Assembly: GCA_964106645.2 (NCBI GenBank)
Contig: OZ067049.1
Strand: one strand, 5' to 3'
Length of the DNA stretch: 64,000 nucleotides
Source: Podarcis pityusensis
Lineage: Eukaryota
This document shows positions 25,931 to 38,520 of the stretch, piece by piece. Each line of letters starts with the position of its first letter. Within the stretch, counting starts at the first letter, position 1. The notes under the pieces are model-generated. The model did not search any database, was not told the DNA's origin, and saw only the letters and a program-made list of their open reading frames with translations. Made by a program: the position numbers and the translations under genes.

Positions 25931-28484
25931 CCTCTCCTGCTGCTGTTCCCTAGCAACTGAGGTCTGTGTAATCCAGATGTCTGCGTTATCAGATACAATT
26001 TTGTGTGTGTGAATGGTCACTGTTTACAACGTAATTACCACCATCTGTATAGATTAAAATAAATCTCAAACAAGCCAGTACATAGACAAAGCAGAATTGC
26101 TTTATGGCCGTTGTTGTTATTTTCCAGATGAATACCTGAATTAGAATACTGTTAAGTGCCAAATTGCTAGGTATATTAGCACATCACTTAAATTGTGTAA
26201 TACTATTTCCATGCAGGATGACTGCTTTAATGCACGAGCATGCAGTTTGAGGTTATTTTTTATATTTGTTTCTTTTTATTTTTACCCTGGCATCTTTTCA
26301 TAATGGACTGCAATCAGCAATGATGTTTCTGGAACTTTGCGGACAAATGAATAGTGCCTTATTGGCAGACTTACTGCACAGCTAAATATTCTTTAAAGTT
26401 ATTACTTATTGCTTTTCTTTCCAGTTAAAATATCCCTCATTTTTTCCAAGCAAGTTTGCCTTTATTAATATCAGAAGGTCACACAATTCCTTTTTGAATG
26501 CTTACATTATCTGTGGTCTAACAACATGGTCACAGCATTGATGGCACTTTGGAGAGTTCCAGTTTCCAAGAGATTCTTCATACACCTTATAAAGGCTTTT
26601 ATCTCATGGGAGTCATAATGATGTAATCCGTACTCTAAGGTTTTGTTCCTGCTTTATTATTCAGCTCAAGCTGTTGCATAATTAAGGTAAGAGCAATAGC
26701 AAAACATGCTTGCTCCTTGTTGAAGAAGCCTGCTTGTCTTTACTTCAGAAAGGGACCAATGAGACACAGATCTTCTGATTAAGTATTATTCCTCCCTTGA
26801 AGAAATAGTTGAAGCATTTTATGTGTGGGCATAGGAGCCATCTCCTAGGGGTTGAGGTCCCTTTGACGCCCCCTCCCCCATAAAATATTTGAGGAGGCTG
26901 AGCCCCTCCCCCGAGTTGATGGGCAATGCCATTCAAATGTTGTGTATGTGTGTGTGCCACTTCTTGTGTTTGATTATGTGGGGCGGGCTTACCTGGACCC
27001 CCCTCAATATGTTATTCAAGTTGGGTGTGGGGGCTACAATTCCAAACTATTATACAGCCCTCTCCACTTTACCACTGGGGAGAAATCCAAGAGCAGAACG
27101 ACAAAGTTTAATTACCTTTGTATGAAAATATACCTGATGTAATTGCAAACATACAAACAGAGCATAGAGGAAGCAAATAGATTCCTGCAACAGCATGCAA
27201 AACTGCTCATCCTGGATCAGATTCCCGGAGAGCAGCTTTGTAAACCCCTCATAGCATGCAGGTTGCTTCTAGTCCATTGGTTACAATCCGGCTACAGTCT
27301 TGTCTTGAATAAACAGGTTCACACCACCTTAATCTCTGAGCATTGTGAGATTCCAGGGGTTCCAGGCACATACCCAGGGAAAGCAGATTTTATTAACACA
27401 TATATACAACCTGAGCCTATGATGGAAGGGTTCACAGCATTAACACGCCAAGGGTCTTGCTTCTCCTATAGCCACAGCCTTGGATTCCAACAGAAATCAG
27501 GCATGGCTTTTTCTCCCAGCTGACCAGTCTTCAGCCTTGCTTCTAGTGTCTAGCTCACATAAATCCACTCTCAGTCTGGTCTTTGCCTTTCTAACTACCA
27601 GCCAGCTGAGGGAGAGCCCCCACCCTTTTTAGATTATCTGGCACAGAGCCACTTCTTTTGTTACCTTAATGACCCATACTTAGAGGACCATCACCTCAAC
27701 AGAAAGCTAGCCTGGCTATTCCAGGAATTGAATCCAGGAATTAGAAGCCATACAGTCTGCCCACCCCCCAACTCCTAACTCTGGCCATAGATTTGCCTTG
27801 TCTCTCTGCCCTATACTCCCTGTTCCACCAATTAACTACTGGTGAATCCCTGGAGACTGAAGAAAGGTCATCTTTAGAGAGGGAGATATGAGAAGAGTGT
27901 CCCTTTTCTTAATCCATTTAATAAAACCTGCTTCTCACAAATGTAATCCAAGGAGGAAACAAACAGGCTGGCCCAGAAAGCAAACAAATCCATATTGTGT
28001 GCTCTTTTGTCTTTTTTTTTTGCTGGGTTATGTACACACTGCTGCATAAAGCTATGCTGAGAAAGGAAAACAGGGCACATGGTTCGTCCTGTGTAGTTTA
28101 AAATGGGTGTGTGAGAGAGACCTTCCAGTCCCAGTTAGTAATCTGGCTGCTAAATTATGCACCAACTGTAATTTCCTTTACGCCAGACGGTAAATGACTC
28201 CACACTATCTGGAGAAGCTCCACTGGATGGCATAGTGAGGATGCGATGAAAACAGCGAAATGCTTCTCCTTTACTATGTATTCCACAGATCATTCAACTA
28301 GGCCTGCATCAAAAGTGCCAGTCATATCAACCAGAAAATTGTTCCCACAGCAATCTGTAAACCAATTGGATCTGTCAACCTCCAAGGGGGAGGTTCCCTG
28401 CCTCTGTGGAGGGGAGATGCTACTGAAGGTTGAAATCTCAGTAGGAGGTGAGAAGCGTTTGATGTTAAAATCCCACACCCTCAG

Positions 28485-28760
28485 AGGGTGTCCTGCCCCA
28501 TGTGTTGGGTTGTCCACATGTTGGAGCAGTCCCATTGTCGTGGTGGCCATTAAGTCCTGAGCCAACCCAGACTTGGCATGAATGTTGAAGAACCCCAGGA
28601 GCAACAACTTCAGGGTCCTCAACACCACGTCCAAGATCACGTTTGTCAGCTCAGGTAGGGAGACTGCTGGACCATGAGTTTGGAGCAGGGGAGAGTTAAA
28701 CAAGCAGAATTCCTAATCTACCCTGAATGCCCAATGCAAGGCACAAACACTCTAGATCTC
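28485..28760 (-). mobile_element. L2 LINE ORF2 endonuclease-domain fragment
   Basis: Minus strand reads SLPELTNVILDVVLRTLKLLLLGFFNIH...QDLMATTTMGLLQHVDNPTHGAGHPL, a degenerate version of the APE motifs GDFNIH and PTHxxGHTLD. Confidence 0.8.
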
Positions 28761-29847
28761 CACTCAAGTGGAACAGCCTACTGAATCACTTGAAATGTGC
28801 AAAGGTTTATGTGCTAATTAATTTAATTTCCAGATGATTTCAATCGGAACCTAATGAAAGTTTAGACTTTCAGAGGTGGGTGTTTCTTATTTAATGACCC
28901 TTACTTCTGGAATTTATTTTTTGAACTCTAGTAACCTTAATTAGACAATATTGATTTCATTTTTGGCATTTTACTGGTCTGTGTTCTCCTCTGAGACTTC
29001 TTTTCAAGAAGACCCAAAAATTGTAACAACATTATTCAGAATAATAATCTCCCCTTATGAAATCATGTTCCTTTTAGGCTATAAAATCCCCAAATTAAAC
29101 TTTGATTTGTGGACTTTCCTCCTCAAAGTGCACTGCACATTCTATAAAAAGGCACAACCAATAGTCCAATTTCACCTTCGATGCTGTATAGAAATAGTGG
29201 AATCACGCAAAATGTACGGTGGCTAACCAAATACATGAGTACAGCCACGTTTCACTTATGTATCTTTGCATTATGCTTCATAGATTATAAGGAAATTCAA
29301 TATGCCTGAAATTCTGTGAAGACGCATACTGCATATTTTCAGTTGCCTTTAATGAGAAGAGCACCGGTTGCTTTACGGATGCTGAATTTCCACATCCACT
29401 GCCAAGTGATTAAACTAGCATCTTGGTTTTTAAATTTAATGGAAACAAATTCTGTTTGACTCTGTATGTGCACCTGCACTGACAATTTAGTCAAATTGGG
29501 TTTTTAAAAAAAAGATAAAATCAAGCTAGCTGATGCCAAACCAATTTTGACAGGATAATTTCATCATTATGTAGATGTAGTAAGCTTTGGAGTTGGCACA
29601 ACCCCTGTGCTAAAGTGACTGTTTCTATAATACATAATAGCAGCAGAAATTACAGATTTTTTCCCAAAGTTTATTGCATTAACTGGAAAGAAGCTGTAAG
29701 AGTCTGAGACCGCAGTCTTACGCACATCTATTTGGATCAAACTCTGTTGAACATGGGACTTAGGCTATGTATATATTTGTTGCTTGAAACGCAGAGGTCA
29801 TTTCTATGTACACACCAGAGAGGAGGCGGGAATGCCTTCATCTAATG

Positions 29848-30080
29848 CAGGGGTCAGCAACCTAAGGCCCATGGGCCGGAAGTGGCCCGTGGAGGTCGTT
29901 TGACCGGTCCCCGAGCTGCCCCCAAACCAAGCTGCCCGCCCATGCGCTAAACCAGCACAGCGTGGTGTGCAGACTCGCTTCTGCGGCGCCGAAAACCACA
30001 TCTGCACAGATGCAGATGCCGAAAACCGCAAGTGCGTGTGACCGATCTGGCCCAGGTAAGATAAACCTTGCTGACCCCTG
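29848..30080. mobile_element. hAT (Charlie-like) MITE
   Basis: Perfect TIR CAGGGGTCAGCAA/TTGCTGACCCCTG and exact 8-bp TSD ATCTAATG (29840-29847 and 30081-30088). Confidence 0.93.
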
Positions 30081-33000
30081 ATCTAATGTGTATTACCTGA
30101 TTTGATTCCCCATGCCTGCAACTCCCCCTGAACTCCCCCTATTCAATGAAACCCTCATCTGTGCATGTGCAGCCACAGTGCAGCTTTTGGTGATTATTTT
30201 TTGGCATTTAAACATAACGGCATGGGCACATCTTTAGAATGATGTACTCCAGTGGTGTAGTGAAGCACTCTGGACTTTAAATGGTTTTGGGTGGGTGGAC
30301 TCTTTAGAAGGTAATATGTATTACTTTTCACTTACATCAATATATGGCAAACCAGTCATGCTACATTTGGGGCCCTTTCCGCTGATTCTGCAGAGTGGGG
30401 CCCTGGACGTCTGCCCTAAATTCCTGCCCTGACAGCACCACTATGTTCTTCCTGAGAGTCTGACGTCAGGCTCCATCAAAGAACAGTGGTCTTTTAAAAG
30501 CTGTGTTGACATCCTTAGCCTAGTGAATAATTGTTGCCTACAGCACGTCTGCGGCTGAGAAGCAGAGCTGCTTTCGTCCTGATTAAGATGAAACACTAGT
30601 CTAAGACAGAGGGACTTGTTACAACATGATTTTCATTGGGAAGCCTGAAAACTTGTCTTGCAACACTGAACTACTTTAAAATAAATTATTTCATACGTTA
30701 AGAAAAATAAATAAAAACTTCAGGTTCAGTTTAGAGACTATCCACTAATGTCTTGGTCACCAGTCGGCACAATTGCTAGCCATCAAATTTAGGTCATAAC
30801 AAGAAACAGGCCTGTGTGTGTTGAACTCAACTCACACCCATTCTTATTTGAATCTGGCATGCAATAAAATGATGTCAGGTGGACACAGGCCACAGGGTGG
30901 GTTCTGTCTTGCTAGAAGACATAACAAGAAGGCATGGTCCTGAGCCCCCGTTGTATTCTAGCCAATTTGACATAGTGCTCAGATTACCGTAATTTCTGCA
31001 TTGCAGAGCAGGAGTCAGAAGCAGGTCAGCAAAAAATCACATGGCATCAGTGAAGTTAACTCTTTATTCAAGGAAACATGGTTGACTATGGAGGCCAGCC
31101 CTAGTGAGCACAGCAACTTGTCCTGGTAGATTTTGAGGCAGTTGTGGGGATTGAAGGTCCCTGCCTTCCCACAGTTCCCTCAGTCTCCTCCTCCACCTGC
31201 TCCAGGTCCTTCCCAAGCAATCTGAGACTTCATCGCAGTGCCTGCCTTTGCTCCACCCTCTTCATCCCTCTTTGCAGACCTTAAGAGATCAGAAACTGAG
31301 GATCCAGCAGCCACCATACCAGGCATACAGGATATAATCCCAGAGTAGCAGGGTGCAGAGTAGAACAGGCAACATACCTGACAAGGTAATTGACTATCAC
31401 TGCAAGAACAGACTCAAAAGAACTTCTGGATAAACAAACTGAACACCCTGAACATTCCACAGCTATAAGCTAAAGAATAATTTGCCTATGCTTTTAATTT
31501 CTTTTAAAGCCTCCCTTGCACTTAAACAACATATTTCACCTATCTGAGAATTCTTACTATTCTCAACATTCTAAGAATGTCACCTTGGTTCTCCAGTCCT
31601 CAGGTCTGCATTGAAGACCAACAGTATTCTTGAAAGGATATACTTATTAACTAACAATCATAAACCTATTGAGGTTTTAGAGATTTTATATAAAAGGTCC
31701 TTTATTTAACAAGCAATGCCTAAAGCACTAACAAACATAAACGGATAAATACCATGATTCTTTCTTTCAGGTCTTTTGACAGATGCTTTTTTAAAAAAGT
31801 ATCAAATCCTATAATTAAAGGTTTAATGCTAAACACATTTACCAGGGAGTAATCTGAATTTTGAGCTGCATGGAACTTACTTTTGAGTTACATGCATAGG
31901 ACTGTGCTGCTAGTCACTATAAAAGTGCATTCTTATTTACTCATGATTTTCAAAATGTACAGTATGTTAATGTACTTAAAAGGGCAGATAATAAATGTAA
32001 TATCAGATCAGACAGAATACATGGGTGCTGTATCCTGTAATCTCATTCATACAATTCAGCTATGAAGAGTCCTTTCTTAATTTCAGTATTTTCTCAAAGG
32101 TCAGTCAGATGATTTCACACTTAAGATGGTTGTAAATATAAATAAGATTGTTACCTATACAATACCTTTATATGCGCAAGCAGTGAAGAAGTTTATGGGC
32201 TACTTTTTAACCCAAGACAATGTTGATTGCCATGGGAATTTTGCAAAGCCTAAATGGTTTGGGGAACAGTACATTTTCAAGCGTTGATAATTCACAGTTC
32301 TATGTGATATGGTTTAACTTACTCTTCAATTGTCTGTCTCCCTCCCCCAGTGATTCATACCATAATGGCTATTGGCTACTATACAAACAATAAAAATCTG
32401 ACTGACTCCAGAAGGATGTTGGTTAGTAAAGCCAAACGTTTTTATAATATACATAGCTGTGATCTTAAATAAACCCTAACTCCTAATTGATTTCACTATA
32501 CAGTTACAATGAATATGTTTAGCATATTTGTCAAGAGTTTCTAAACCATAAAATTTTTAAGCATGAGCTATTAATCTGTTCCAATAATTTTATTATTATT
32601 ATAATAATAAATCATATGGATTTTAAAATAGTAAGAGCAGTACCCTTATAAATACTTCAGCTGCTGGGGACATTTGAGGAATGTAGTGTGTAGTAGAGCA
32701 AATTTTCATTAATTCACACAATTATCATGAATGCAGCTCTACCTACAATCACAGCGCCTTCTTTCTATATAACATTAATAAATAATGCAACTGCTTTGCG
32801 AAAATGTCTGTGCTTTTTTTTTCTTGCGTCATTCAGAGCAGCTCCGTTCTGCTAAGGCAAAGCCTCTTTTATACCTGATTGATTTCAAGTCCATTTAAAA
32901 GATGCTCCAGTAGAGTGCCAGCTTGGAGAGCCTTAAATGAACTAAGAGGTAAATGCCCATATCTTGGTTTGTGTACCTGGGGCTTTATTTAGGATAAAGC

Positions 33001-33258
33001 TGTTGATGAAGCTGGTTTTCAACACTTTCTGAATAAGTTGCCACTGGGAGGTCGAATTGCATCCCAGGAAAAACTCCATGGCACCAGCAAGAGGAATATC
33101 AACCGGGCTCCAGCCATCAGAGAGGCAGCAGCTGCAGGGAGCTTGCTTGTGCCTTCCACGTCAGAAAGAACCTGCAGTTGCCCTTGGTTTGAGGACCAGA
33201 ACAGAAGCAAACTCAGTCTCCATCCAAGGTCCACTGGGAAGATGCACCTTTTGCCTTT

Positions 33259-33440
33259 CATAGGAACAAACAAAGCTACTTTGTACTGTCAGATCATTGG
33301 CTCATTAGCTCAATATGGTCTACACTGACTGGCAGCAGCTCTCCAGAGTTTCAGACAGCCTTACTTGGAGATGATGGACATTGGACCTGGGACCATTTGC
33401 ATGCAAAGCATGTGATATGGAACTGAGCTACAGCCCTTTC
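33259..33440 (-). mobile_element. tRNA-derived SINE (Squam2-like)
   Basis: Minus strand has a gggctgtagctcagt head, ggagagctgctgccagtcagtgtagac body and cctatg tail. Homologous copies at 36135 and 41586. Confidence 0.7.
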
Positions 33441-35089
33441 AAGAAAGGGCATAATGATAAATGGAAGAACAGCTTGGCCAGAGAAGGAATAGCTGCTGAG
33501 AACTTTGCTTCCCCCCTCTCTGCTGGAAACAACACTTGGCTCTCCAACCAACCAGTTGCCCTCAGACTCCGGAAGTACAGGAGAGGCCAGAGGAACAAAA
33601 AGCACTTAATAGTTTTTTTTAATGTCCAACTCTGTTGGTAAACCACATTGGAAATCATTTCAGTGACAGGTGGGGTAGACATTCAGGGACCTTCGCTAGT
33701 TGTTTCCACACACACACACCCAGCTTTTAGCTGTCTTTCAGACACTCCCTCAAGCTAAAATTATACAATGAAAACAGGCCAAAGAATTCAAAAGTTGGTC
33801 ATACACAGGTGATTATCGATGCTTGAACGCATGGTGGGAGGGGAGAAACAGTTCTTTCAAGCACAATACAAGGGGAGTGGAATGAAACGAAGCTGGTGTG
33901 CTTCACAGCTCTGTTAAACAGGACTTATTTGAAGTAAAATTTATTTTTTCTTGAAGGTAGGAAGGGATACATTTCAGTAGTGGGGCAGAGTTAATTTTGA
34001 TGCAACAGAAACAATTACCGTATCTCACCAAAAATATATCTTACATGACTATGGGAATAGTGGTCAAATGGAGTGTTGAAGGAAGCGTAATTTTTTACAC
34101 GATTTAAAATTCACATTCTGAGAAACATGCTCTAGATCCCAACTCACAATATACATGAAATACAATCTCCAAATCCAAGCACAATACAATATAAAACAAC
34201 TTAATATATCCATTTTATAATAACAAAAGAAATGGTGGTGGGAGACCACCACAAACTCTCTGAAAGGAAGTTGATGCCAATACAATAACTTAAATAAGAA
34301 ATAATGCTTCAGTGTGACATTCATCTTTAAGTGGTGTATCATCTTCTATTTGCTGTATAAATATATCAACTTCCTCTAACAGGTTTATAATCCAGAATAC
34401 TATTTTTATTTGCTTATTAAATTTGTATACCGTCCTTCATCTCAGGGCTAGATCTCAGCATAAAAATGCAAAAAATACATGATAAAAACAAGAACAAAAC
34501 AAACCCATAACATCTTCTCGCACAAACACATTTAAAGGGCATATCAGTTTATAATTCAGAGCATTGTTTTATAATCTAGTAACACACAATGCAAAAGCGG
34601 TCAGGCAGGGAGAAATCCGAGAAAGAATAACAAGCAGGTGCATGGCCAGCGCAGGATTCAATTTTGTCTGTTTACTTTGCACCTCCTGCGAACTCTCTTT
34701 TTTCTCATCCGCTACTCCGCGCCTCGTTCCACCTTTCCCTCCTCGAGGCTCACGCGCAGGCGCAATCCCGCTGCCGCCCACCGGCCTCCACCATGTGCGC
34801 CTGCGCGCTCGGCCTCTTCGTCGGAAGGCGACGGAAGCTCGCTTTGCCTCGAAAGTCTGGTCTATATACACAGCACAGCGGCTTCTTTTATCGAAAGGGC
34901 GGGGTGGGGGGGGAGAAGGGCCGTTTCCGCGCGTGCGCAGCAAGTCCGAGGCGGGGCGGCGCGCGGCGGAGTGAGCCGACGGCGTTCTCTGCAGTGGGTG
35001 ACGTCACCCCCTCTCCCTTGCCCGGCCCGCCCGCCCCGCCTCTGCCCGGAGAAGGGGAGGGCCCGGATTCGCCGGCTGCAGGCGCCGCC

Positions 35090-35116
35090 ATGGCTGCCAT
35101 ATTGGAAAGGAAGTGA
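35090..35116 (+). other. Candidate 8-codon uORF (MAAILERK*) / core-promoter element
   Basis: gccgccATGG perfect Kozak context, TGA at 35114-35116, and no other ATG between it and the main ATG at 35340. Confidence 0.5.
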
Positions 35117-35303
35117 GTGCAGGAGGCGGCGGCAGCGGCGGCGGCCCTGGGCGGAGCAGCCCTTCCCCATTCTTCTCGGCCGCGGCGGGTCTCCTCACGG
35201 CTGCGACCCGAGAGTCTCCCCGCACCACTGCCAGAGGCAGGGGAAGGGTAGGCCGAAGGCGGCGGCGGGCGGCTGGAGACGCGGCCGCTTGATAAGGCGT
35301 TGA

Positions 35304-35552
<249 letters not shown>

Positions 35553-36134
35553 TGACCCAGCAAACTCTGGAAAGCGCGGCGGCGGTGTGAAGCACCTCGG
35601 GTGGGGGGTGAGGAATCGGGTGGGGGGAGGGCGGAGGGAAAGCTGTTGCCGGGGCGCTTGGAGGGGAGAAACAGGGTGGGCTCACCCTGGTTGAGTGAGG
35701 GGGCGTGCGAGCCGGTGGTGGAACAGAGGCTGAGGGAGCAGAGGAGGGAAGGGCGTCGAAGTGGGGGCTCAGTGAGGACCGAGGGGCGTTTTGAGGGGTC
35801 GGGCGTTGGCTGCAGCAGCGCCCCCTCCTCTTCTGCCTCCCTCCCTGCGCCGCGCCTGTGAAATCTGCTGGCCGTGGGGTTTTGAAATGGGGGGAAGCAG
35901 TAACCTTCCTAATGTCATAATTCCAGCTGCTGAGTAAGGGAGTTGAGGCGCTCCTAGCGCTCCACACAAAGCCGCTCCATTGATGTTGTTGTTTTGCTTC
36001 GTGTTTACCCGGGGTGCCGGCTCCATTGCATGCATAGAAAAACAGATGCTGTAAAATGCACATTGCAATAGAGAGCGGTGGTGTAGCGGTTTCTCAGCCC
36101 CCGCCCTCCATCTCAGGGGGTTTGACACCAGCCG

Positions 36135-36320
36135 CATAGGAAGATGTTTTTATACCAAGTCAGGCCATTGGTCCGTTTAGCTTAGTACTGCCTCAGCTGA
36201 CTGGCAACGGCCCTCTGGGGCTTCAGGCAGGAGTTGCTCCCAGCCTTACCTGGAGATGCTGGGAGTTGAACTTGAGTCGGTTTGCATGCAAAGCATGTGC
36301 TCTGCCACTGAGCCTTTTCC
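36135..36320 (-). mobile_element. tRNA-derived SINE (Squam2-like)
   Basis: Homologous to 33259-33440, with a gctcagtggcagagcacatgctttgcatgca head on the minus strand. Confidence 0.72.
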
Positions 36321-37484
36321 AAAGAAATCAGCTGACAGTTATTTGTACTAAGGTTCTTTTTTTCCACCTTTGCAGTTAACAGGCTGTAAAATATTGAATA
36401 ATGAACCTTGCATACACTGGGATAGTTGCCAGACTATAAAGCGGTATTAAGCAAGTAGAGTTCAAACATGTTACAGATATGACGCTGGAACTGTACTAAT
36501 GGTGGCTATGATATTGTAGCAATGTCATTTCTAGTAAAACCTCAGTGCCGCTATGAAAATAGGTGTAGGTGGACAGCTAATAGTTAATAGCTAGAACTCT
36601 CTCTAAGGTAAGTTTGACCTCCGAATGGAACTCGCAGATCGGAATACAGTACTTCAAAAATCACATGAATGGGTGTTTTACTGAAGGAAGAAAATTGCAC
36701 TTGTTTATATTGGGAAGACAAGCTTTTTAACGTAACCGAAATAGTTGTTGATGTTTAAATACTTTGGATAGAAGTCAGCACTTTCAAAAAGTGTTTTCGT
36801 CAGAGAGAACAGTGACTTGATGAAAAAGAGTTCCATAGGTGAAACTCATGGTATCAGTTTGACAGCACGCATAACAATGTGCACAGCTTTTGTTTTGTTT
36901 GTTAAGCATTTCTTCTACAAGACTGCACTTCCTTTTTCCCTCAGACAGGTACCTCTTTAAAAATCCTCTGATCTTCAGCATGATGTCACACTAAGTCTAG
37001 AGTCCCATTTTAAAACTGACTTGATAAAAGCTTTTTTGTAGTGCTGTAGATTGTTTTTGTTTCAAAGCCCCACCCATCAGACATCTGAAAAACTAGCATG
37101 CAGCTCAAGCAACTAACTTGGTAAAACAAGTTATTGAACTGCAATATTAAATTTACTTTTCAAAACTTTAAAAGATGCTGGGCATTAATGTTTGTTTATC
37201 TTGATAAATTAAGCTTGGACTTAGAAAATGCTCAGCATGCTGTTGACATTAGAACAGACTAACGTGTTAGTAATTGGGTTGTGTGTGTGTGTATATATAT
37301 TTGGGTCACTAAATGGTCAACAAACTGTGTGTGGAGACACACACATATACAGAGAGTGCGCCATTATTGGCCAATCATGTGTCTCCTTTTACAATCTAGC
37401 ATTCCTATTTAGAGGGTTTAATAATATCTAACAGATTTTTCTTGTAAAATGAAAAATCTTGTAAAAAAAAAAAGATTTTAAGGC

Positions 37485-37593
37485 AGAGATTGAATGGCAA
37501 TCTGTCATGGATACTTTGAGATTCCTGCATTGCAGGGGGATTGGACTAGATGACCCTCTGGGTCCCTTCCAGTTCTATGATACTTTGATTCTA
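37485..37593 (+). mobile_element. CR1 LINE 3' end
   Basis: gcagggggattggactagatgaccc...ggtcccttcca...tatgat..gattcta, the typical CR1 3' terminus. Confidence 0.8.
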
Positions 37594-38014
37594 ACATTGT
37601 AACAGTGTTGCCAGCAGCACCAAAATATCTGGTCAAATCCCAGATCAGTGATTGACTTCAGGCACTCAGAATCTCACTCTCTGTTGCCCATCTCTAAAAC
37701 AAGAATTATGGTAATCGTCAATTTGGCTGCTGTGAAGATGAACAATATAGTCTTTAAAGGATATGGCAAGCTTCCAAGAGATTAAACAATACATTGTGTC
37801 CTCCCCAATCCTTGGGCATGGAAGAGTAATTTCACCTGGGGTGTTCTTACCCGGATGGGATTCATGATATAGCATTAAGATGATGTGTGATATGATGAGC
37901 AGCAGTTAAAATGCTGTTGATATTAGTGAACAATTAGTGTTTGAGGCCCTGCAACTAGGAATTGTGGTAGGAGTGCAGAGCCTCTGAGATGTGAGCTAGT
38001 AAGATACTGCTGTA

Positions 38015-38248
38015 CAGTGGTACCATGGGTTACATATGCTTCAGGTTACATACGCTTCAGGTTACAGACTCCGCTAACCCAGAAATATTACTTCTGGTTA
38101 AGAACTTTGCTTCAGGATGAGAACAGAAATCACGCGGCGGCGCAGCAGCAGCAGGAGGCCCCATTAGCTAAAGTGGTGCTTCAGGTTAAGAACAGTTTCA
38201 GGTTAAGAACGGACCTCTGGAATGAATTAAGGTACTAAGGTACTACTG
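38015..38248. mobile_element. pogo/Tigger-like MITE
   Basis: TA|CAGTGGTACC...GGTACTACTG|TA with internal ttcaggtta direct repeats. Confidence 0.85.
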
Positions 38249-38424
38249 TAGTGCAAATTCATTCTTATTAGTCTGCTCTCCTATTTTCCCTTGTCTAAAA
38301 TGTATTCAGCATTCTGCTGCTAAACATTTTAACTTTCCTGTGTAGAGCCCTGGTTTTGTAAAAGTACTAGGATTGGTAAATTAGGCTCCCAATGCCAGAG
38401 CTTAGTTAGGTCTCAAGAATCTGA

Positions 38425-38520
38425 GCAAACTACAGTTTATGGGTAGTCTTCAAAGGCAGCCCCATGTATAATACATTACAGAAGTCTAATCTGAAAGTTA
38501 CTAGAGTTTTCATAACTCCA
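38425..38520 (-). mobile_element. L2 ORF2 fragment
   Basis: Minus strand reads LVTFRLDFCNVLYMGLPLKTTHKL (L2 motif SRLDYCN..GLP). Confidence 0.7.

Noticed and set aside
27340-31385. Possible additional solo LTRs at about 27340-27750 and 31000-31383
   Set aside because: Composition is LTR-like, but I could not find matching TG...CA ends with a TSD.
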